The notes under the pieces were generated by a model, which had not been told where the DNA came from, did not search any database, and worked only from the letters and a program-made list of their open reading frames with translations. A stretch of DNA of 53,267 nt, the filler included, from Jimgerdemannia flammicorona (lineage: Eukaryota), in the NCBI GenBank assembly GCA_003990765.1. It is 2 parts of 2 records of this genome, joined end to end, with 100 filler letters (N's around TTAATTAATTAA, not from the genome) between each part and the next. Parts side by side here need not be neighbours in the genome. Positions count along the whole stretch, not along the records: positions 1 to 26,590 come from RBNJ01000716.1; 1 more part is not named here. One strand, written 5' to 3'. Each line of letters begins with the position of its first letter. Position 1 is the stretch's first letter. This document shows positions 1-12,427 of this stretch, piece by piece. A program made the translations under genes and the position numbers.

Positions 1-13
1 AAAAAAAAAAAAG

Positions 14-65
<52 letters not shown>
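1..65. repeat. Poly(A) tract at the contig start, followed by AT-rich degenerate repeat DNA
   Basis: Near-pure A run. The downstream 66-838 is very AT-rich and lacks CpG. Confidence 0.9.
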
Positions 66-67
<2 letters not shown>

Positions 68-487
68 TAACTAATTTATATGTAAGTTATTTTACTATGA
101 ATTTTAATTTGACAAACTATTTTATCTTCCTCTTAAGAGAAATATAAAAACTATAAACTATTTTAAGATTATATAGTTTTTCTAATTCTAAGATTATATT
201 AAGTAATTCTCTCATAATTATTTATTTTAGTAATAAACTCTTGTTTTTTAGATTTTTTTCTTTTTATTAAATATTAAATTTACTTTATTTTTTTTTAATT
301 ATTTTATATTCTTACTAATTTTTTATTAATATCTTTTAAAGTTTCATACTTTTCTACTATTCTGTTTTAAAGTTTCTTATTTTCTATCTTTTCTTTTATA
401 AGTATCTCAACAAATTCTAATAAACTTTTAGATTTATTATTGAGTTCAACTTCTAAATTTTTTTTATTCTTTGTTCTCACTTTTAAT

Positions 488-726
488 TAGTACTCTCAAA
501 TGAATCAAATTGAATTAGAGATTTTTCAATTAGAATCAAGTTTGAATTGAATTGAATTGAGGGTCTGATTTGAACTCTATTTTTCAAAATATAATAACTC
601 AATGAATACATGTCCAAATTTAATGAATTTAGATGTATATTTATTGAGTTATTACATTTTGAAAAATAGAGTTTGAATTAGACCTTAAATCAAATTAGCC
701 TTTGATTTAATTCATTGAGAGTATTA
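488..726. mobile_element. hAT-type foldback MITE, short copy
   Basis: TIRs TAGTACTCTCAAATGA ... TCATTGAGAGTATTA. Perfect 8-bp TSD CTTTTAAT at 480-487 and 727-734. Internally palindromic and homologous to 32493-32928. Confidence 0.9.
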
Positions 727-835
727 CTTTTAATAAGTCTTAATAATATATAAATAATATTCAGAATTCTCTTATACTAACTCTAATTCTTTCTCTAACT
801 TTTGTTATTTCTTTTTAAGATTTTTAATCTCTTCT

Positions 836-838
<3 letters not shown>

Positions 839-929
<91 letters not shown>
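839..929. repeat. Poly(T) homopolymer of about 91 nt
   Basis: Uninterrupted T run at the boundary between AT-rich repeat DNA and CpG-containing DNA. Confidence 0.9.
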
Positions 930-930
<1 letters not shown>

Positions 931-3900
931 TGAAGCAAAGTGCAAATAAATGCAAAAAAGCATTGGCCAGGCGAAGTCTCAAGTAAAGCCTCACACCCTT
1001 ACCTGCTATTGGGCCGGCAACAGCTCTAGTCATGTAGAAGGAATGATTCCAACGAAAGTGGGTGGCGCGCGCCGTTCCTTACCTTCTAGGCGGCGGACAC
1101 ATGGATTCCGCGAATTCCACACCCGTATCGCTTCGCTTCCTAGTGTGGGAAAGATTGCCAACGACGATCAGCTCTGGGCTTCTTGTAATTGTCTCCGCGA
1201 ACTTTTGAAGACCGCGACAGGACTTAAGACCTGTAATCGTGGAAACGAGAAAGCGAAAGTGTTAATATGAATGTGTTGATCAAACGAAAGAACGGAGAAA
1301 ATAAGCGTAGACAAACGTACGGAGTAGTCCGGCAGGACATTTATGACCGTATATATATGAACAATTGACATGCAAGGTTGTTCTAGCCGATTGTTTGGAA
1401 TGGAGTGACTGATAATGAGGCTTTGACGAGACGCGTCTTTTCCAACAAAAAAATCTCCAGCTCAAGCTCGGCGCCTGGTCCAAGTACCGCATCGTTTACA
1501 GCTCGTGAGTACTTACCTCTTTATTCGGCTTGACATATCAGATAAAGTGTGAATGATGAATCCCATCACGTCTCCCACTTCGTTTTCTTCGACGCGATGA
1601 TGCTCCAGATCCGAGATGCAGCAAAAGAGGCGAGGAGTTGGAGGAGGTGGACGGGGCGCCGACAAAGGCGGAGAGGGGATGAACAGGGCGGAATGTGGAC
1701 GCGGTCCAATTTTGATGCATGCATGGGCACTCCATTGTTGGGAGCTTCGACAACCTCCGCCGCCACCAATCCCTCTCCCACGCCCTCCTCATCTCCATCG
1801 GCCCTCCCGATGTCCAAGACCCACAGGTCCAGCTGAGATATCCCTGCGACTGAAACGGAAGACCCATAAAGTTGAAGGGAGCATCTCGTGTGTTTGGCAC
1901 GCACAAATTGCTTCTTATCGTTTCGTTCTCGTGATTGTTTATTTTGTTGTATTTTCACACTTTATGTTTCTGTTCTTTCTCCTATTTCGCACATGTTAAT
2001 GTTACACCAAAACACTCCTTCCGTCGCTTACTTCCATCTCCACCCTCAACTCAATATCTTATTTTATATTTTCCGTATAGTCAGGTTGAACTTTGACATT
2101 CTAGATGGTCCGCAGAGCTAATGAAGCGTGATGTGACTGGACATCGTCGATTGTTGAAGCGTTGAGAAGGCTGGTTAAAAGGTGAGATGGGAGCCGGGGT
2201 TGGCGGGGGTGCCCGTGTGGTGGTATAGGAGTGTGGAAGTGCGGGAAAACTGAGCGTGAGACGAACGCATGAGGTGCGGCGGATGTGAGATAGTGCTGGA
2301 TCTTTGCAAGAGATTCAGGGAAAACGGAGATGGTCATTGGTTAAGTGCGGAGGTCGGGTTCGTGATGGCTGGGTGGTGTCCTCTTTGATTGAATGAGCAA
2401 TTCGTTTTTCTTGTAGACAACATTGGTTAATATGAATCGAGCCTTGTTTCCCACTCACGACTCTTGCGGGTTCTATCATTCATAGCCATCAGTCTACACC
2501 AATTTGGAGAGCAACACGTGTCCAACCCCATTGATTGCCCTATACTTATTACCTCTTGTGATAGTTTTAGGTTGGTTTGGTGATCTCCTGTTGAGTGATC
2601 CTTTTTCGTCTCATGCGAGTGAAGCCTGCCTCTTGGCTTGGAGGCGGCCAGATCGTGATCTTACTCGTGGTTCGTCTGGTACTGGTATGACATGCTTGCC
2701 CTCGTCACATCATGAATCGGTTGTGCTCTTTGGTAGAATTTAGTGCGTGATGGTATGTTTAACTTTGAATTAGGAGTAAGTGAAGGTTGGGGATGAAATG
2801 AGAATAAGGATCTAAGGGAGATGAACGAGAGACGAGGCGACATTATGGGGTGACGGTGTGCGGGCGAGTTTGTGTTTTTAGATAGGCTCGGTTTGACGTA
2901 GATACGTTGTGGATGATTTCGATCTTCTTTCAGAAGGTCGCAAGGTGTGCTGATTTCCAGTTCTTTTATCAATTTATTCTTTTAGGGGATAGTATACGAC
3001 TTTCTCGCATCAGTAGGAAACCCATAGAAAATCATATTGAACAATGCATATATAAGCCATTGGACAAAACAATATCGTCTTGGAAGGCCTTTCTCGTTTA
3101 TTATTTAAGTATACGCCAATAAAGCAATATACTTAAATGATCTGGGAATGCGAATGGTTATATCGGATCGCGGTTTTTCCGGCTGCGGCAAAATTCTATT
3201 ATAAGCATTAGTCAGACTCTTTGTATGAGCGTAGGGGATGTGAGTTGGTTACACCTGTTTAAGGCGATAGTCAGGGTTTTCGCAAAAACAATTTTGTGCT
3301 AATTACAAATTATTTCGCAAATTTCATTTCATACTCTAATATTACTGCACGAGGGTTGGTTTCCGACACCCACTGAAATTACGACGACGACAATGAGGCC
3401 TTAGCTACGCCAAGGAGGTTGCATGATAGAATGGCTTGTAAATTCAATTACATCATCAATCACGCTGTGTGTTGCTTAATCGTCAACATAGTAAGGCTGC
3501 TATATACACCTCTGCTCGACCGAACAAGGAACCATGAGAACCTCACCTAGGAACAAAGGGTGGGCAAGCCGCGGGAGGAGGCAAAAACCGAAAAAGGGCA
3601 GGAAAAAAAAAGTATAATATCGGGACGTGAAAAACCGGTATATACTTGCGGGCCCCATGCATGGCGCGGATCGCCAGGAACCGTGGCGCAGATTAGTTCC
3701 CATCGCTTCTTTCCTGGTTGCCATTACAGCGTTTGATTCATACAAGCTTCCCCTTGCCGTCATTTCCCGCGATTAAAATAAATGAATTTTTTTCTCCCAA
3801 CTTATGGGGTGGGGGACGGGGGAACGGGAGAATGGGGATCGCGCGCTGAGTCAACACCAAGGAGCTGATACGGGTGGTCGAAATTTTAGTTTAATACATA

Positions 3901-5041
3901 AGCAGTATTATTAATGATGGAAATAGATCATCCATCTTGATTTCTCGAAATCGAATTTTGATTTCTCGATTCTCGATGGAAATCCTTCCCCACACATGGG
4001 AAACATAGTTCCCAGGGATCGACAAAATTTTATTATTATTTTTTTTATTTTATTTTTATTTTTAAAAATAACCGTAGCGCGGCCTTATCAATGCTTACAT
4101 GTACAGGCGGCGTCACCTTGTGTTCCTGGATCCCACTCGCCAGGCACGCAACTGAGGCTCTACATGGCTACTGGTGTGTTGCTACGCGGACGTATTGGGA
4201 GGAACCGTAGTAGGGCGGCGCGCAGGACTTTAGTGTGGGAAAACGGAGCGCCCGTGTCTGCTTTGTGGGCCCCGGAAGGGGGTGTCGCCTAACCGAGCAA
4301 CGGTAAGACTGTGGAAGGCAACCAACAACTCCTGGTCGATCGATTTTTTCCTCACCTGGGCCGGAATGGGCAGGCCCCAAGGCACCAATGAAAAATCACC
4401 GACCGACCGTTTCGGGCCCAAGCTCGAGTCGAACGAATCGCCCACACGTCCCTCGCGCTGGCCCATGCGCCTGTACCAGAGCTCGCCAATCCAAGGGGGG
4501 AGCAATAGATTGCACGCGTTAGTGTTTGACGCGCTAACGAGTAATGACGGAATTCACGGACGCTCGTGAAGGCGAAGCATTTGTTTATTTATCACGGCGC
4601 TGTTCTATGGTGTTATTTGCCCCATGAAGATATGTTCGGACTCACGCGTGTGGTTAAACGGCATGGGGGGTGGCGACATATATCGGTATGCACCTGATTG
4701 TCATCTGAGGAGCCCAGCTGGATTTGGTTGTGCCTCAGGCTGACGATGTCTCCAAACGAAAATTGACGTAAACAAACCCCTATTTATAATAGCCGTGGGT
4801 GGTGAACTAATTGTTTTGTTGATTTCCCAATGTTCGCCTGGAGCCTCAGAGCCGACGGCAAACCAACCCTCGGGCGGAGCGTGCAGTGATTGGATCAAGG
4901 ACAAAGCTGATCAAATGAAGCAAATTGCCTCCAAATTTGCACCTGTTAATCCACTCCCTATAAGTACCATCCGTTTCCCACAGTAACAAAGAAAAAAAAC
5001 CTCCCACCCGAATTCGAACCAACACTACCACCAACACAATA

Positions 5042-5656
5042 ATGGCTCTCCTCAACCGCACACCCTACAAGAACGTCGAGTCTCGTGCTCGCACCATTGT
5101 CACCTACCTAGGCCCTCTCCACGTCGACGCTGACCGCGGCCCGCGCAAGGTTCCTGTCCCGCTCGACTCTGCCGAAACCTTCCTGTACCAGCACTTCCCG
5201 CTTGAGTTCACCATCACCTCCAGCACCAAGCGCCACACCACTGACTTTCGCGGCTTTCTCTACCTGACCAACCGCCGCATCGTTCTTCTCGCTGACTATC
5301 CGACCCGTCGGTTCGAGTCCTTCGCCGTTAATCTGGCCGAGATCACCGGCTTCCGCTACTCATACCGCGACCCGCGCACCGTCGGTATCCACTTCAAGAC
5401 CGCCGACGGAAAGCGATACAGGGTCGAGCTTGCGTACAGACCGGGCGATGAGGGTCGCTGCAAGCTCCTCACCGAGTTCCTCGAAGTCATCGTTGAAGGC
5501 GTCACCAGCAGGAAACAGAAGCTTGATGAGGCTATCACGAGCGTGAGCGTGCTGCGAGACCTCGCTATTGGCGAGGTCGAGCTGCCGCCCTCGTATGGGG
5601 AGGTCGTTGCTGACGCCCTTGCAGCGGCGTACCGTGGGCAGGCTCAAGTGATGTGA
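5042..5656 (+). CDS. Intronless 204-aa PH-GRAM / WBP2-like protein with a C-terminal PPxY motif
   Basis: Strong C/G-ending codon bias and an A/C-rich leader before the ATG. GFLYLTNRRIVLL and FESFAV resemble the GRAM/WBP2 signature. LPPSY is a WW-binding PPxY motif. Confidence 0.7.
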   Translation: MALLNRTPYKNVESRARTIVTYLGPLHVDADRGPRKVPVPLDSAETFLYQHFPLEFTITSSTKRHTTDFRGFLYLTNRRIVLLADYPTRRFESFAVNLAEITGFRYSYRDPRTVGIHFKTADGKRYRVELAYRPGDEGRCKLLTEFLEVIVEGVTSRKQKLDEAITSVSVLRDLAIGEVELPPSYGEVVADALAAAYRGQAQVM

Positions 5657-8600
5657 AGGGGTCATAGTGTCGTGTTCTTTGAAGACGTGCGAAATATTTC
5701 TCAGACATTGGACCATACGACGGTCTAGAAACAGCTCTTACGATTGTTTTGAGCAAGACTTTCTCTATCAGATAGTTACAAGCAAACCAAGAAAAAGAAA
5801 CCACATTGTACATACGGCTGTGCAGCAGCAGTCCTTCTTTCCGTGTTTATCGTTGTTTTATTTTATTTTATTTTTTTATTTGTTGATATTTCCCTTGCTT
5901 CGCGACGTCCTAGAGTGACTTTGCAATTTGGTGTACGTTGTATATATCTTGCCACCCAATGTCTATGTTTCTGTCACTCTGGGTATTTTTGAACACGCAA
6001 AATCTTGTATACCACCATGTTTCAGAAATGCTATCATGATTTTATTTTTATTTTTATTTTTATTTTTAAAAAAAAAACCACATAAACAACAAACTTTAAA
6101 GTCAAACGTCATACCTTTTCGAAATGTCAGCCTTTGTTTGTGCATGACGAGAATGTGGTTGTTTTTTTCCAAACTAGCTTAGTCGCCGGGCCGAGTGCCG
6201 TCGGAACGGATTTGGCAAAACCCGGTCGGACAGACAACTCCGTCGGTGAAAGTGAAGGAATAGTCGGGGTTTTGAGTGTCCGTCAACCGTTCCTTGTCTA
6301 ACCAAAACCATGTGCTGTCACCCGTCAAACATAGTTGACGTTGAACGATCGATCACCCTTGCGTCATGCGGGTGGGATTTCGCCGCTAAGTACTGTACAC
6401 ATCGATCGCTGGTTCGACTGACGTAACTGAGGGTTTTTAAAAAATACATGCAGATGCAGCGGGGGTTGGAATGTGGAGTTTGTTGGCTTGTGCGGGGGGG
6501 TTGCCAGATACTGAGGTTTGCCGGTTTCCATGTCGGACTCTGGTCCGTGAGCGGGACCTGGCTGCAGGTTTATTGATTGTTTATTTATTTGTGGGGCCAA
6601 CCATAATTTCGACCTTGTTTCCCGCCTTGACGGAGGATATGTCTAGCGGAAATGTCTCACTATCACTGTTGACACCAACATTGACCGCGGTGTTACGGAC
6701 GCGTGTACAACACCCAACTTGGATTCCAGGAAAGGTACGCAGACGCTGTCAACAGCATTGTATGCTGGCGTGCCTGTCAAGAACATGACGCAACAGTTGA
6801 ACCGGTGTACACGTGACCAAACAACGCATATGATGTAATGTCGCGAAGTGACAAGAAAGAGAAAATTAAAAATTAAAAAAAAATAGAAGGTTCGAATGAG
6901 AATCAACAAGTGCTGGAGTGAATGTAACGGTCAAAACTGCGAAGGGCGTAGGGAAAGATAAGGGAAAGAAAGGCTGTCTAAGCCCTTCCAAAGTATCCGT
7001 TCTAGGAATCAACATCACATCACGAGCACAGCCTCAAGGACCTGGGCGACTTCAAGTAAATTAGCCAAGGTTCTGCCGGAACATGACCCCGCACAGGCTT
7101 AGAGAGCAAAATTTACACTCGGCCAAGAACACCGCGAAACGGTGCGTATGACGCGGTGTCTACAGGGTATCTGTGCGAAATTCATTCATGAATATGTAAG
7201 ATGTTTATGTATATACATAAGACAATAATAGACATATGAATTGGATTCCAAATTCGATGGAATGTTATTTCCAGTTGTTACTCTCGGCGTTTCCCAAAAT
7301 CGCTTCTTGACAACCGGAAGAAATGAACAGAATATTTAGGAACGCCTTTCCAAGTTCTTTTGGAATGTGAAAATGAAAAAAAAAAAAAAAAAAAAAAAAA
7401 AAGCATAATAGTAGCTAAGTATTGATAAGGTTTGACAATGACTTGAACAGATGACGGCAGTTACGTTGGGAATTGTAAAAGTTAAATTTTGGTGCACCGA
7501 GTCTCCGTGCAATATGTCAATAGTACAGGGAGGAAGAGTGGGAATAAGCGAAAGGGCGTCCTCTACAATGTTCAAGGAGGCAGAAGCGACAGGGGGTATC
7601 GTTTATTGTTATTTTACACAGTGACACACTAGGGCGAGCAACACTCTATTGTAAAAGCTGAGGACATAAGCAACATACAAAAAGAACATGTAATGCTTTG
7701 TCAAAAAAGGAATCGGAACAAACAGGGAGAACAAGAGCGCCAAAACACCTTTTCTGAAGGGGCTAGAGTCTTACAGGATAAATGCGGAAGGTGTCAAACC
7801 GAATTTGAAAAGCACGGCATTTCAGTAAAAGTCGAGTGTTTGTAATGTTAACGGGAACAGGGTTCAAGATGGGAAGTCGGATCTCCATGACGCTTTGAGT
7901 AATGTAAAGCTACATATTTACAAAAGAACTAGTTGTGTTATGACAATATCTTTGCGCATGTTAGGAAGATTAAAGGTGTAATATACATGTTAATTGGATG
8001 GTAATTCTGACGTGTTCAGTACATCCACTGATCTGCTGAATTATGCGGGCTCAACGTCGTTTACTACGATCAGGCTGCGTAAATTCGTCGTCGAACGGAT
8101 CGACCATTCGTCGTCGGACGACTGGAGCGGCGGGCTCAGCTGCGGTCCCAGGCAGTGTTTGGGTTCGTGACAGGGATGGTGGTAATCGAGTGCGATATTG
8201 AGGTTGAAAAAACCCCTTTTCCTTATGGTGAGAATAACGACGTCCGGAGGATAACGGTAAAAATCGAGCATAACGAAACTTTTTGAAAGAGGAGAGGGGG
8301 ATGTGATCGAGATTAGTGTGAAATGGCGAACGGGTGAAGGAGAGCGCACCTTACCGGAGAAAGACTACGGTGGCGCACCTTCGAATGTCCATTTCTTTAT
8401 AGAGATAAGGAGGATAGGGAATCGAGAGGCTATATTACCAAGAATTGTATACTAAGAAATATGATCATCCCTATTAGGTATATATGAAGGGATCCCGAAG
8501 GGATAGCGCGTTAAAGACGTGTATTAATCGATTATGCAATTACATAATTCATTGTACGCCCAACATCTTGTCCCCTTCCCCTTACGCTCAATTATCTTCG

Positions 8601-8892
8601 CTATCATACGGCTTTTACTCCCACCCACCTCCCTATTCGTACACATATTGTATGTCGGGTTCTTTGGAACTGACCGATGCAACGCATTCGCCCAAATACA
8701 CAAACATATAGTCATCTAATTTGTTATCACGTACGATTTGGTATAAGGGTGGCAGCCGTGAGAGGGCATGGGTTATCGAAGGAGTAAGACGGGGATTTAA
8801 CCTGTCGCCGAATGAACCGTAATTAGTTGGCGCTAGATGTGCGACACATGTAAAAACTGGAGGCGCTGGAAAGCCAAGAATGCCTCTCTCGC

Positions 8893-9456
8893 TCACCATA
8901 CACCTATTACCACGACCGCCGAACTCCCCTCCTTGTATTGATCACCGGATAGAATGCGTACCAACAGGCGAGGAATAACGCAACGGGGTAACATAGCTTT
9001 CCGATTGTCGTGATTAAGGAATCTGGATTGACAACAGGCATTGTGTATTGCATCACCATTCCGAGGGTGTCCAGCACATAAATCGCCACTGTCGCAGCGA
9101 CAGTAAGCCAGTAAAGGGTGTTGATGCGGCCGTCCATGGTGTAGAACTTTCCGTCCATGTCGAGCGTGATGACGACCATGAGATCGACGAATGGGATTAG
9201 GAGAGAAGACTCGAAAATGAGGAAGGGTGGCTCGGGGATCTGCGACTGGAGTCGCAGCGATTAACAGCATTGGGATCGTCACCAAGAGGCCCATGGCGAG
9301 GCAACCGAATCGGAAACGGTTGGGATCGCGGGGAGACTTTTGGAAGAGGATACAACAGCTGAGGAGACCGCAAGCGAAGACGGGCCATGCCCAGGCAAAG
9401 GTGAAGAAGTGATCGGGTGGAATTGCCTTGTTGTCGGTGTCGGCGGCTGAAACCAT
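8893..9456 (-). pseudogene. Multi-pass membrane protein remnant with a frameshift near 9185
   Basis: Hydrophobic helices in ORF 8893..9456 (FFTFAWAWPVFACGLLSCCILF, FGCLAMGLLVTIPMLLIAA) continue in a different frame in ORF 8907..9179 (LYWLTVAATVAIYVLD, LCYPVALFLACWYAFYP). No clear intron joins them. Confidence 0.4.
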
Positions 9457-10879
9457 TTGCGAAGGTTGTTGGTGTCTAGGCAGCTGTGAGAGGGATGGAG
9501 TGATCTACTCGTTGATAAAATCCTCTTCCCAACGAAGCCGAAACAATCTGTTGTTGGCTTGGTTCCACTGGCTAGTTACTAGACCAATTAATGGACAATG
9601 TCTCCAAATAGTAGATTTTCAGCACAGACATATCCTCCACGAACCTTGTCGATCCGTTTCAAATTTGGACAGAATTATCATTTCAATGTGGTAATGGCAA
9701 GGGTGAGTGCATCGGACGTGAAGTACTACAGTTACCACTATCACACTTTGAAGCCGTATTGCACCAATGATTTGGGTGCATTACCAGATGTCATATTTTT
9801 GACTGGCAGAAACAAAGTTCATTGCGAACTCTTGCGCAAACTTGCAGTGACAATATTAAGTTTGTTACAACGTATACAACGCAACGGAACATGGCGTAGG
9901 AGTGCGCATCTCAGTCCGATTATGTAGATGGATCATGTAACAATTGGTTCCTATCAATTTTCGCAGCTACGTCTCGCTTTGAAGCACATACACCAAATTA
10001 CGCTGGATATTTTTGCAGCAATCCGGCATCTGCTTTTCAATGCCAACCATAGTTCTGATTTCCAAAGAAGAGGTCGACGCTACAACCTTTGTATCTGAAC
10101 GTAACGGGTCGGTGGTGACTGCAATCAGCCAGATCGGGTCGCCAACGTGATCTGTGTCGGTGGGAGCCATTCAATCCACAAATATAAAATTACCTGATTC
10201 TCTGGTGGGATTTTAAACTCGCTAATTTTTGTTACCAAAGCCGTCGCTCACAGCATGTGGAGAGGTTTCTTTGTCCAAGACCAAATTTGCATAGTTATTT
10301 AATACCCTACGAAACTTTCGACAACACACCCTAAAAGTTCTAAGGCTGGGGTACTGTGTGTAACTCCACTCCAGCAAAAGATCAATGGAAAATCGCACAT
10401 CCTAGTATTCAATGTATACTGTGTGGAAGGATATTAATCATGTATTTACATGACTAGGGCACGGTTGTGAGAACATTCTCTGTATGGGTGGACTGCGATA
10501 TGTATATATACAAAGATAAAATTGAGTGTACAGGATTTTCACTTACAGCTTCGTTCCGAATATCGAAATTTAATATGTATATATTACATGTGTACGCATA
10601 ATATCCTCAAACATATTTTACGGTATCTCAGAATGAATTAAAATTCGATCCTATTATTGCTGTGTATGGAACGGAATTCACCTGTGCACGTTCGAGGAGT
10701 TATCTGGCATCGCGTTTGACCTTTTTAGGTATATACATCGAGATCTTTACTAATAATGTCCAACGAGCTGACAAGTTTTTTTCTGGTGTTTTTGTAAGAA
10801 TCATATAGCCAGATGTCTAACAACTGGCAAATGTTTCCCTAACAGGAGACAACTTTATAAAATCGTGAGTGGACCAGCA

Positions 10880-12427
10880 CAAGCTTGTTGAGGACATATG
10901 TAGTAGTCTATATATTTGCAGAGTTTCATCCTTCTTGATAAATAAGACTAGTGAGCCATAGAGTGACTTGATTGATTGAATAACTCCTTGGGCTAGTAGT
11001 TCTTCCAATTCCTTCTTGACTGCTTCTATTTTGAGGAGTGATATACAGTATATGTGTTTCTTGAGTGATATAGCTTTAGATCAATTTAATTTTATAATAT
11101 ACTTTATATATAAGTGATAGATCAGATAGCTTATCTGAGAAGATATTCTAACAGTAACTTGATACTTTTATTAATAGATAACTTCTTTAGATCAGACAAT
11201 GATAACAAAAATATATATAGCTTTCTTAAGTATCTTTTTATATTATATTACTGAGAGAGTTATAATCTGGGTTTTATTTATAAACTTATGACTTAATAAT
11301 GATATTAATTATATCTTAAAGTAAGATAACTTCATTATTATATCAGTCAATATATGAGTTATAATATATAAGTCAGAGTTTTTTAAGATCAAATTATAAT
11401 CTCTTAGTAATATAATATTAAAATATATATATTATTTCTATATCTTAATAGAGAGTTTAATAGTAATTAACTTGATTAGATATAGTATATAAGTTGTGGT
11501 AACTACTCTATTATTTTTTAGTAAACTTACATAGTAAGAATCTTGAGATTTTTTATGAGATTTTGATTGATAAAGTTTTTAATTAATCTATTATTAATAA
11601 ATACTTAAACTTCTTTTTCTTTTACTAGATCTTTGAAAATAAATATAATTTATATTCAGTTTTCAGATAAACTTACTACTTAATCTATATTACTAAATTA
11701 TTTCTAATCTTATTTAGTTAGAGATAGTTTTTTGACTTTAGTAATTTTGAGTTTAACTTAGTTTTATTATTATTATTATTATTATTACATAAATATTCTT
11801 GATACTTTTAGTTAATAAGTAAGACTTGAACTTATTCATAATAATTTAGATATATAATATCAGTACTAATATTTAAATAGTATGTAATTAATACTAAACT
11901 TTAATTTTACTATAATTTTTATATAACGATCTTCTAGATAATAAACTATAATTTTAATAAATACTAAATTATAATAAAACTATATACTGATAGAATTAAT
12001 ATATTGTAGATAATCAAACTGACTATAAGTCTTAAGTTCCAAGTTCTTGTAAGAAAGTGTTAAATTCTAATTATCTATTATAGTAGAGTTCAGATATCAC
12101 TTTTGAGTTCTTATATTAATGAAAGTATATACTATACTATATCTTAAGTTGATCAGACTTAGAATCATTAACAAGTCAGATCCAAGGGTTCTATGATAAG
12201 AATACTGCTTTATTCTTATATTTGGAGAAAATAGAGCTAAGATTACAATATACTCAATATAGAGAGTATTTATATATATTTGAGGCTATAACTAAATACA
12301 TATTTATACTATTTTAGATAACTATAGCTATTAGTTAGAATTTCTGTAAGAATTTATATAGAAATTTCTGTAAAAATTTCTATCAGAATTTCTATTAGAA
12401 ATTTCAGTGACTTGTAAGTATATAATA
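10880..12427 (-). mobile_element. Degenerate, internally deleted Ty3/Gypsy remnant: LTR, protease and 5' part of RT
   Basis: Minus-strand translation gives VFINNRLIKNFI (decayed LIDSG..NFI protease), NIFSDKLSDLSL..KVYYKIKLI, and ELEELLAQGVIQSIKSLYGSLVLFIKKDETLQI (RT N-terminus). Confidence 0.75.
11970..12427 (-). repeat. LTR of about 460 bp, same family as 41392-41847 in inverted orientation
   Basis: The reverse complement aligns along its length with 41392-41847, e.g. TTATCTAYAATATATTAATTCTATCAGTATA and AAGAATAAAGCARTATTCTTATYATAGAACCC. Confidence 0.8.

Noticed and set aside
824..1033. Poly-Lys ORF
   Set aside because: Translation of a homopolymer run.
950..4990. Short ORFs and isolated splice-like signals (e.g. 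GTGAGT near 1506)
   Set aside because: No recognisable domain or consistent exon chain. A small gene cannot be excluded.
9598..10170. Possible WD40 or F-box-LRR fragments
   Set aside because: Resemblance too weak and frames interrupted.
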